This document shows positions 19,395-27,135 of a stretch of DNA of 32,000 nt, piece by piece. The stretch is from contig OY843585.1 in the NCBI GenBank assembly GCA_963692945.1, positions 1,110,001 to 1,142,000 on the forward strand, read 5' to 3'. The notes beneath the pieces are model-generated. The model did not search any database. It saw nothing but the letters and a program-made list of their open reading frames with translations, and had not been told where the DNA came from. The first letter of the stretch is position 1, and every line of letters begins with the position of its first letter. The position numbers and the translations under genes are program-made. This DNA is from Bdellovibrionales bacterium. Lineage in GTDB: Bacteria > Bdellovibrionota > Bdellovibrionia > Bdellovibrionales > UBA1609.

Positions 19395-21691
19395 TATTGA
19401 AATAAAAAATATTTTTTATGGGTTTTATGTGAAAGATTACGCACTTCAATATTCGTATCTTTCATACCCTGTTCTAAAAGCAAAAGAGCTTCTTCTTTCA
19501 TATCCGCTTCTATCAATTCATACATTTGATGTATAACAAACTCACGGACAACTGTATTTTCATCTTTCATACCTTGTTTCAAGAAGAAAAAAGCCTCTTC
19601 TCTCATATCTGCGTTTATCAATTCATACGTTTTCTTAATAACAGCATACCGTACGTACCGATTTTTATCTTGCAGACCTTGTTTCAATAAGAAAAAAACC
19701 TCTCCCTTCATATCTGCACTTATCAATTCATAAGTTTGATATATAACGGCCTGACGTACATCTTTACTCTCATCTTCCAGACCTTGTTTCAATAAGAAGA
19801 AAACCTCTTCCCTCATATCTGCGTTTATCAATTCATAGGTTTGATACATAATGAGTTGACGAACACCCTCATCCTCATCTTGCAGACCTTGTTTTAATAA
19901 GAAAAAAACCTCTTCTTTCATATCTGCGTTTATCAATTCATCCATTTGATATATAACAGCATGACGTACAACTCTATTCTTATCTTGAAGACCTTGTTTT
20001 AATAATGAAAAAAAATCCTCTTTCATTCCCACTTTTATCAATTCATACACTTTCTGAATAACAGTCTGACGTACATAGACATTCTCATCTTGCAGACCTT
20101 GTTTTAAAAACGAAAGAGCCTCTTCTTTCATTCCCATTTTTATCAATCCATACGTTTGATATATAACGGCCTGACGTACATCTTTACTCTCATCTTCCAG
20201 ACCTTGTTTTAAAAACGAAAGAGCCTCTTCTTTCATTCCCATTTTTATCAATCCATACGTTTGATACATAACGGCCTGACGTATATCTTCATCCTCATCT
20301 TGCAGACTTTGTTTTAATAAGAAAAAAACCTCTTCTTTCATATCTGCGTTTATCAATTCATCGGCTTGATATATAACTTCTAAATTCACACTTTTATTCT
20401 CATCTTGCAGACCTTGTTTTAAAAAGGAAAAAGCCTCTTCTTTCATTCCTACTTTTATCAATTTACCCATCTGATACATAACAGCCTGACGTACATCTTC
20501 ACTCTCATCTTCCAGACCTTGTTTTAATAATGAAAGAGTTTCTTCTTTCATTCCTACTTTTATCAATTCATCGGCTTGATATATAACAACCTGACGTACA
20601 CCTTCATCCTCATCTTTCAAACCTTGTTTTAATAAGAAAAAAGATTCTTCTTTCATTCCCATTTTTATCAATTCAGATACTTTCTTAATAACAACCTGAC
20701 GAATATTTTCATTCTCATCTTTCAGACCTTGTTTTAAAAAGGAAAAAATCTTTTCTCTCGTTCCTGCTTCTATCAATCTATCCATCTGATATATAACAGC
20801 CTCACGTACACCCTCGTCCTTATCTTTCATTCCTTGTTCTAAAAACGAAAGAGCTTCTTCTTCCATTCCTACTTTTATCAATTCAGATGTTTTCTTAATA
20901 ACAGCCTGACGAATACTTTCATCCTCATCTTTCAGACCTTGTTTTAATAAGAAAAAAGATTCTTCTTTCATTCCTACTTCTATCAATTTATCCATTCTCT
21001 TAATAACAGCCTGACGTACATTTTTATTTTTATCTTTTAGACCTTGTTCTAAAAACGAAAGAGCCTCTTCTTTCATGTCTGCTTCTATCAATTTATCCGT
21101 TTGATACATAACAGCCTGACGTACATTTTTATTTTTATCTTTTAGACCTTGTTCTAAAAATAAAAGAGCTTCTTCTTTCATTCCTACTTCTATCAATTTA
21201 TCCGTTTGATGTATAACAGCTTGACGAACATCCTCGTCCTTATCTTTCATTCCTTGTTCTAAAAACGAAAAAGATTCTTCTTTCATGTCTGCTTCTATCA
21301 ATTCATCCGTTTGATACATAACAGCCTGACGTACCCCCTCGTCCTTATCTTTCATTCCTTGTTCTAAAAACGAAAAAGATTCTTCTTTCATGTCTGCTTC
21401 TATCAACTCATCCGTTTGATACATAACAGCCTGACGTACATATACATTCTCATCTTTCATTCCTTGTTTTAAAAGTGAAAGAGCTTTTTCTTTCCTATTT
21501 GTTTTTATCAATTCATCCGTTTTTTTAACAATAGCTAAATGTATATCTTCATGCTCGCTTTTCACACCTTGATTTAAATGAGGGTTTGTAGCATAAGATT
21601 CTACAGCATAAATTAAAAAACTTATAAGACAGGAGTAAGAAAGAATGAAACAAACTTTCAAAATAAAACTTTTAAAACCACTTAAAATCAT
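19394..21691 (-). CDS. Secreted or membrane-anchored protein of ~20 tandem 35-aa HEAT-like (PBS-lyase-type) repeats
   Basis: 765 aa with a hydrophobic N-terminus (FILKVCFILSYSCLISFLIYAVESYA). It then carries 20 units of consensus VRQAVMYQTDELIEADMKEEaFsFLkQGLKDedeg. The L-KD-D--VR-A signature is that of HEAT-like repeats. Confidence 0.85.
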   Translation of the reverse strand: MILSGFKSFILKVCFILSYSCLISFLIYAVESYATNPHLNQGVKSEHEDIHLAIVKKTDELIKTNRKEKALSLLKQGMKDENVYVRQAVMYQTDELIEADMKEESFSFLEQGMKDKDEGVRQAVMYQTDELIEADMKEESFSFLEQGMKDKDEDVRQAVIHQTDKLIEVGMKEEALLFLEQGLKDKNKNVRQAVMYQTDKLIEADMKEEALSFLEQGLKDKNKNVRQAVIKRMDKLIEVGMKEESFFLLKQGLKDEDESIRQAVIKKTSELIKVGMEEEALSFLEQGMKDKDEGVREAVIYQMDRLIEAGTREKIFSFLKQGLKDENENIRQVVIKKVSELIKMGMKEESFFLLKQGLKDEDEGVRQVVIYQADELIKVGMKEETLSLLKQGLEDESEDVRQAVMYQMGKLIKVGMKEEAFSFLKQGLQDENKSVNLEVIYQADELINADMKEEVFFLLKQSLQDEDEDIRQAVMYQTYGLIKMGMKEEALSFLKQGLEDESKDVRQAVIYQTYGLIKMGMKEEALSFLKQGLQDENVYVRQTVIQKVYELIKVGMKEDFFSLLKQGLQDKNRVVRHAVIYQMDELINADMKEEVFFLLKQGLQDEDEGVRQLIMYQTYELINADMREEVFFLLKQGLEDESKDVRQAVIYQTYELISADMKGEVFFLLKQGLQDKNRYVRYAVIKKTYELINADMREEAFFFLKQGMKDENTVVREFVIHQMYELIEADMKEEALLLLEQGMKDTNIEVRNLSHKTHKKYFLFQ
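19397..21538. repeat. Intragenic 105-bp tandem repeat array (~20 units)
   Basis: Exact 105-nt period; for example, gcttctatca recurs at 21291 and 21396. Adjacent units such as 21241-21345 and 21346-21450 are nearly identical at the DNA level. Confidence 0.92.
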
Positions 21692-21856
21692 ATCTTTGTT
21701 TCTAATAAATCTAGAAATGCCTTTTTACAAGCTAAAATCAAGTGATATGTAAAACTTTCACAGTGATTTTGTTAATCATGCTAGATTATCAACTTTTAAC
21801 TCAATGCTAGAACTTTCAATAAATGAACTGAGGTTTTCCCTAATGAACTAGGGCTA

Positions 21857-22198
21857 CCGTAGTTTTTCTATATGCGAAAAACCGTAGAACAAAATTCTAT
21901 ATGCGAAAACCAGTAGGTTTTCTCTAGGAATACCCCTCCTTGTTTTCTGAACTTGAAGATCTTAACCCATATGCGAAAACCAGTAGGTTTTCTCTATCTG
22001 CGAAAACCAGCAGTTTTTCTCTATGTTTAAATCTTTTATTTTAACAAGATTTGAAGAACAAAGCCCCTCATGCAAAAACCGTAGTTTTTCTCTAGGAATA
22101 CCTTTTTACTTTTTGAGGTTGAAGAGTATCCCCTCCTACGATGAAAGCTCAAAAAGTAAAAAGGGAAGGACTAGAGTTTTGTAAATTAAGAGTTTTGT
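21857..22198. repeat. Composite/nested cluster of MITE-like element modules
   Basis: Four copies of the small-hairpin module (A)TGCGAAAACCAGTAG(G/T)TTTTCTCTA lie at 21901-21926, 21971-21996, 21999-23 and 22070-94. The cluster also has one truncated and one complete long hairpin (22101-22164), a degenerate left terminus ACAAAATTCTAT (21889-21900), and a right terminus CTAGAGTTTTGT (22171-22182) followed by a second partial terminus (22188-22198). Confidence 0.75.
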
Positions 22199-22389
22199 CC
22201 GATATCTGTCAGTAATACAAAAAAAGTTGTAAAAAAACTACTTTTAGAAGTTATATGAAGCCATAATATTTGCTTTAGTAATGAGTGAGAGTTTTTGGAT
22301 GGAATTTTTTTACAATCTATGTTAAGATATTCTTGTTCAAAAATGATTTTTTATAAAAACAATAGTGCGACTAAAAATAGGGAGAAAAA

Positions 22390-22845
22390 ATGATGAACGC
22401 CAATGCTTTAGAACAAAATGAAATTCTTTTTGAAATAAAAAAATTATCTACACAAATGCAAACATTAGACTCAAAAATAGATACAAAAGTAGATAATCTA
22501 GATTCAAAGATAGAAAATCTAGATTCAAAGATAGAAAACCTAGATTCAAAGATAGATAATCTAGATTCAAAGATAGATACAAAGGTAGATGGATTATCTT
22601 CAAGAATAGATAGATTGGATGAAAAGATGGTTGATTTAAATATAAGGGTAGATAAATTAGATACAAAAGTAGATACAAGAATAGATAAATTAGATGAAAA
22701 AGTAGAGGGTCTTAAAACCGATCATGCTGAACTTAGTGCAAGTGTGGTTAGTATAAAGTCTCATCAAAAAGTTTCTACATGGGTTATTACTTTGCTTCTC
22801 CCTATATTTACGGTTATTACTATTGCAGCCATTAAATATGTTTAA
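22390..22845 (+). CDS. Tail-anchored coiled-coil protein with heptad/hendecad repeats
   Basis: 151 aa with GGGAGA 6 nt before the ATG. It has canonical heptads (I-E-N-L-D-S-K) and a single C-terminal TM segment (WVITLLLPIFTVITIAAI). The architecture resembles XhlA-type small coiled-coil membrane proteins, but no sequence-level assignment is possible. Confidence 0.7.
   Translation: MMNANALEQNEILFEIKKLSTQMQTLDSKIDTKVDNLDSKIENLDSKIENLDSKIDNLDSKIDTKVDGLSSRIDRLDEKMVDLNIRVDKLDTKVDTRIDKLDEKVEGLKTDHAELSASVVSIKSHQKVSTWVITLLLPIFTVITIAAIKYV
22498..22581 (+). repeat. 21-bp in-frame tandem repeat (4 units) inside the coiled-coil gene
   Basis: ctagattcaaagatagaaaat starts at 22498, 22519, 22540 and 22561. 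It encodes LDSKIEN/LDSKIDN. Confidence 0.92.
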
Positions 22846-22852
22846 ATCCTAA

Positions 22853-23024
22853 ACAAAACTCTAGTTCAAAACTTTTATTTTCACGAGATTTGAAGAACAA
22901 AGCCCCTCATGCGAAAAACAGAAGTTTTTCTCTAGGAATACCCCTCCTTGTTTTCTGAACTTGAAGAGTGTCCCTCTTACGATGAAAGGTCAGAAAATAA
23001 GGAGGGGAAGAACGAGAGTTTTGT
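22853..23024 (+). mobile_element. MITE-like non-autonomous element (172 bp)
   Basis: Terminal inverted repeats ACAAAACTCTAG (22853-22864) and CGAGAGTTTTGT (23013-23024) match at 11/12 positions. Both ends are flanked by TAA (22850-52 and 23025-27). The interior carries one small-hairpin module (22909-22934) and an 18-bp-stem hairpin (22941-22958 / 22990-23007). There is no ORF. Confidence 0.65.
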
Positions 23025-25561
23025 TAATGAGCTTCATTCCAACTACTTCCAATAGCGAGATTGATTTTTAAAGGAACTTTAAGTTTTACACAATTTTCCA
23101 TAATAGAAATAATCTCTTGAGATTCAAGCTCTATACAATCCTCTGGACATTCAAAAAGCAATTCATCATGAACTTGAGACAATAAAGGTATAGGCAAACT
23201 TTCATCTAGTTGAATCATCGCTTTTTTCACCAAATCACTAGCAGAACCTTGTAAAGGAGCATTGATGGCTGCTCTTTCTATAGCCGCTTTAAGTCTAGGG
23301 TTTTTAAATTCTGACTTATCAAAAAATCGTTTCCTACCAAAAAGCGTTTCCACATATCCTTTTTTAAAAGACTCCTCTTTTGTGGTTTCAATATAATCTT
23401 TTATTTTTTTAAATTTCTTAAAATAATTGTTAATAATATCTCTCGCTTCTTGCCTAGAAACCCCTAAAGCCTCTGCCAAACCATAAACTCCTTGCCCATA
23501 GGCAATTCCAAAATTGACGGCTTTACTTTTTCTCCTTAAATCCACTGTAACATCTTTTAAAGGAATATTAAAAACTTCACTCGCTGTTGCAGAATGAATA
23601 TCTAAATCATTTTCAAAAGCTTTTATAAGCCCAGGGTCTTTTGTGATATGAGCTAAAATTCTTAACTCTATTTGAGAGTAATCAGCAGAAATGATTTTAC
23701 TTCCTTGAGGAGCAATAAAACATTCACGAATTTGACGGCCTCTTTCTGTCCGAATAGGAATATTTTGTAAATTAGGATTCACACTGGAAAGCCTTCCTGT
23801 AGAAGTGGCTGTCTGGCGAAATTGCGTATGGATTCTTTTGGATTTTGGATTCACAAGAGATAAAAGGCTATCCGTATAAGTTGTTTTCAATTTAAAAAGT
23901 TCACGATGCTCAATAATAAAAGGCAAGCTCACATGAAGATCTTTCATCTTAATCAACTCATGGCTGTCTGTAGAATAACCTGATTTTGTTTTTCTGCCTT
24001 TTGGTAATTTTAATTTCTCAAATAAAATAACAGATAATTGTTTAGGACTGGAGATATTAAACTCTTCACCTATAAGATTAAAAATCTTCTTCTCTCTATT
24101 TTTTATATCTACTTCTAATTTTTTAGATTGCCTTTCAACCTCTTCAACATCTAACAATAAACCTCGTTTTTCCATATGATATAAAACAGAAATAGTGGGA
24201 AGCTCTATCTCTTTCAAAACAGATTCTAAATTGGATTTTTTTAATTGAGTTTCTAAATTTGAACGTAACAACTGATGAAATTTATAAAGATCATCAACAC
24301 TGCTGGAATCTTCTAAAGTGGATTTTAAATACAAGTAACATAAATTCTTGAAAGATTTAGAAGTTTTAGAGTCCAACAAATGTCCTGCAACCATAGCATC
24401 CCATTCCGCTATAGGCTTTACACAATCTAATTTTTTCCATGAAGATTTTAAATTGTAACCACAGTAACGAACCCATTTCTCATCTAAAATCTTTCCCACA
24501 TCTTTATAGTCCGAAGGTTCTAATAAAGTGATTCTCTTTTTAAAAGCCAAATACATATGATCTTCTTGAGACCCTAACCAAAGACTTGCATAAGGTTCTA
24601 GTTGTTCTAAAAACTCTTCTTTTTTAATAAGACCTTTAGATTTATGAGCTGGCTTAGAAACCGGCTGAGTCTTTTTTTGTTCTGATGAGGATTTATTTGG
24701 AAAAAACACATTTCTAAAAGATTTAAAACTTAATTTTTCTAAAAAATCTTTCAATTGTTTTTGATCCTGCTCTGAAAACTGATGGGGAAGCTCAAGAGCA
24801 GCCTCTTTAAGAGATAAATCTATTTTCATATCTGTTTTTAACTGAATAAGTTCTTGAGATAAATAAGCGTCCTCTTCTCCATCTATCAATTTCTTTTGAG
24901 CAGAACCTGAAATATGTTTTATATTTTTATAAATCTTTTTAAGAGTTCCATATTTTTCTAATAAAGTAGTAGCTCCCTTAGGACCAATACCACGAACACC
25001 AGGAATATTATCACTTGAATCTCCAATAAGAGATAAATAATCTAACATTTGATCGGGAAACACTCCCCATTTATTTTTAACTCCTTGAGTGTCGTAAATG
25101 ATATCTTTCATGGTGTCGTATAAAAAAGTATTTTTATCAACCAACTGAGCAAAATCTTTATCACCACTTATAATATAAGTATTCAGTTTCTTTTTTCTCC
25201 CAAGCAAAGCTAAAGTGCCAATAATATCATCAGCTTCAAAACCAGGTTTTTCAATATAAGGAATTTTTAAAACATCCATCATCATTTTAAGGTATGGCAC
25301 TTGTTGTTCTAAATCTTCAGGCATCTCTCCACGATTGGCTTTATAATCTGGATAAATCTCCTTACGAAAAGAAGCCTTTTTACTATCAAAGCAACTGATT
25401 AAATAATCTGGTGATTGCTCCTTTGTTAACTTATGTAACATTTTAAAAACACCATAGAGGGCATTGGTAGGCTCTCCTTTCTCATTTTTCATATGCAAAG
25501 AAATGGCATAATAGGAACGAAAGAATAAAGAACTAATATCAATTAAATAAAGTTTTTTCAT
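23024..25561 (-). CDS. polA: DNA polymerase I (5' nuclease plus polymerase; 3'-5' exonuclease residues apparently absent)
   Basis: 845 aa with a 5'-nuclease N-terminus and family-A motifs DYSQIELR (A), RRKSKAVNFGIAYG (B) and QVHDELLFE (C). Confidence 0.95.
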   Translation of the reverse strand: MKKLYLIDISSLFFRSYYAISLHMKNEKGEPTNALYGVFKMLHKLTKEQSPDYLISCFDSKKASFRKEIYPDYKANRGEMPEDLEQQVPYLKMMMDVLKIPYIEKPGFEADDIIGTLALLGRKKKLNTYIISGDKDFAQLVDKNTFLYDTMKDIIYDTQGVKNKWGVFPDQMLDYLSLIGDSSDNIPGVRGIGPKGATTLLEKYGTLKKIYKNIKHISGSAQKKLIDGEEDAYLSQELIQLKTDMKIDLSLKEAALELPHQFSEQDQKQLKDFLEKLSFKSFRNVFFPNKSSSEQKKTQPVSKPAHKSKGLIKKEEFLEQLEPYASLWLGSQEDHMYLAFKKRITLLEPSDYKDVGKILDEKWVRYCGYNLKSSWKKLDCVKPIAEWDAMVAGHLLDSKTSKSFKNLCYLYLKSTLEDSSSVDDLYKFHQLLRSNLETQLKKSNLESVLKEIELPTISVLYHMEKRGLLLDVEEVERQSKKLEVDIKNREKKIFNLIGEEFNISSPKQLSVILFEKLKLPKGRKTKSGYSTDSHELIKMKDLHVSLPFIIEHRELFKLKTTYTDSLLSLVNPKSKRIHTQFRQTATSTGRLSSVNPNLQNIPIRTERGRQIRECFIAPQGSKIISADYSQIELRILAHITKDPGLIKAFENDLDIHSATASEVFNIPLKDVTVDLRRKSKAVNFGIAYGQGVYGLAEALGVSRQEARDIINNYFKKFKKIKDYIETTKEESFKKGYVETLFGRKRFFDKSEFKNPRLKAAIERAAINAPLQGSASDLVKKAMIQLDESLPIPLLSQVHDELLFECPEDCIELESQEIISIMENCVKLKVPLKINLAIGSSWNEAH

Positions 25562-25564
25562 AAC

Positions 25565-25858
25565 TTAAATATTATCAGGAAAGATAAATATCAAATCTCC
25601 TTCATTAGCAAAATCTAACTTTTCCCGAACTTCCGATTCTATAAAGTTAGGGTCTGAAGCTTTTTTTATACTCTCTTCAATTTTTTTATTTTTTTGTTCT
25701 ATATCTTTAATACGATTACGAACAATACTTAGATCTCTATTCATCTGAAAAATCTGTATAAAAGTTTTATCTATGATTAAATTGATAGATAAAAAAATAA
25801 GACAAAGAATTAAAATACGAGAAGGCTTATAGAGTATTTGTTTTATAAATTTTAACAT
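25565..25858 (-). CDS. ftsB: Cell division protein FtsB/DivIC family (septum formation initiator)
   Basis: 97 aa with one N-terminal TM segment, a coiled coil (RNRIKDIEQKNKKIEESI), then DPNFIESEVREKLDFANEGDLIF. It lies immediately downstream of eno, an arrangement common in Proteobacteria. Confidence 0.8.
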   Translation of the reverse strand: MLKFIKQILYKPSRILILCLIFLSINLIIDKTFIQIFQMNRDLSIVRNRIKDIEQKNKKIEESIKKASDPNFIESEVREKLDFANEGDLIFIFPDNI

Positions 25859-27135
25859 AGATAACCTAAATTTTGTTTAAAAGCTTTTTGACCTTGAAAC
25901 ACGCCCAAAGAACCCAGCTCCTCTTCTATACGAAGAAGCCGATTGTATTTTGCAGTTCTCTCTCCCCTTGATAAGCTTCCTGTTTTTATTTGTTCCGCAT
26001 TCCAAGCTACAGAAAGATCAGCAATGCTTGTATCTTCTGTTTCTCCACTACGATGAGAGATAACACAAGTGTAGTTAGATTTTTTAGCAAGATTCATAGA
26101 TTCTATAGTTTCTGTGATTGTTCCAACTTGATTGCACTTAACCAGTAAAGAATTTGCCACTTGAGTTTCAACTCCTTTTTGCAATCTGGCTTTTTGAGTC
26201 ACAAATAAATCATCCCCGACCAATTGAATTTTATCTCCTAATTGAGAAGTCATATCTTTCCAGCCCAACCAATCATTCTCTGATAAACCATCTTCAATAC
26301 TCACTATAGGATAATCTTTAACCCATTTTTTATAAATAGCAATAAGATCTTGTGAATTGATTTTTTTAGATTCAAAAAGATAAAAATCTTTTTCATAAAA
26401 TTCAGAAGCAGCACAGTCCAAAGCCAAAGCCACTTTTTTAGAATAAGAGGTTTTCTCTATAGCTGATAAGATAAAATCTAAAGCTTGTTCATGAGATTTA
26501 AAATTGGGTGTAAAACCACCCTCATCCCCAACGGCAATAGAGTGATTTTTAGATTTTAAATCTTGTTTGAGCTGATGAAAAATTTCACAACCAGCTCTTA
26601 AAGCCTCTTTAAAAGAATTAAAGTCAAATGGAACAATCATAAATTCTTGAATATCCAAAAGATTGCTTCCGTGAACTCCACCATTGATAATATTCATTAA
26701 CGGAACAGGTAGTAAAAAACTCTCTCCTTGAGAATGTAAGGATTTATAAAGAGGTTCTTTTTTAAATTGAGCAGCCGCTCTGACACAGGCTAAAGAAATC
26801 CCCAGTAAAGTGTTTGCTCCTAAATTGTTTTTTAATTTTGTTCCATCTTGTTCTAGCAAAATTTTATCAATGAGTTCTTGATTTTGAACATCTATACCTT
26901 TTAAAGTTTTTGATAATTTTTTAACATTTTGAATGGCTTTTAAAACTCCTTTACCAAAAAAATAATTATTGTCACCATCTCGCAACTCTAAAGCTTCAAA
27001 TTGACCTGTAGAGGCTCCACTAGGAACGACACCATAAGCTGATAAACCGTTTTCCAAAAAAACTTCCACCTCTAGAGTAGGAACCCCACGGCTATCTAAA
27101 ATTTCTCTAGCATCTAATCTGCTAATCAAACTCAT
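25852..27135 (-). CDS. eno: Enolase
   Basis: 427 aa with the enolase signature SHRSGETEDTSIADL and a typical N-terminus (ISRLDAREILDSRGVPTLEVEV). Confidence 0.97.
   Translation of the reverse strand: MSLISRLDAREILDSRGVPTLEVEVFLENGLSAYGVVPSGASTGQFEALELRDGDNNYFFGKGVLKAIQNVKKLSKTLKGIDVQNQELIDKILLEQDGTKLKNNLGANTLLGISLACVRAAAQFKKEPLYKSLHSQGESFLLPVPLMNIINGGVHGSNLLDIQEFMIVPFDFNSFKEALRAGCEIFHQLKQDLKSKNHSIAVGDEGGFTPNFKSHEQALDFILSAIEKTSYSKKVALALDCAASEFYEKDFYLFESKKINSQDLIAIYKKWVKDYPIVSIEDGLSENDWLGWKDMTSQLGDKIQLVGDDLFVTQKARLQKGVETQVANSLLVKCNQVGTITETIESMNLAKKSNYTCVISHRSGETEDTSIADLSVAWNAEQIKTGSLSRGERTAKYNRLLRIEEELGSLGVFQGQKAFKQNLGYLC

Noticed and set aside
21787-21801. An exact 15-mer tatcaacttttaact shared with 30903-30917, both upstream of minus-strand genes, as a possible common operator
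   Set aside because: A rough base-composition estimate predicts several chance exact 15-mer matches in 32 kb of DNA this AT-rich. No further similarity flanks the match.
21889-22100. A CRISPR array formed by the repeated ATGCGAAAACCAGTAGGTTTTCTCTA units
   Set aside because: Spacings are irregular (about 70, 28 and 71 nt). The intervening sequences are themselves repeated elsewhere (MITE hairpin and terminal modules). The units vary in sequence, and no cas genes are present.
22448-22678. A 76-aa minus-strand ORF opposite the coiled-coil gene
   Set aside because: It is a mirror-frame artefact of the 21-bp repeat. The plus-strand frame has an SD, regular heptads and a terminal TM helix.
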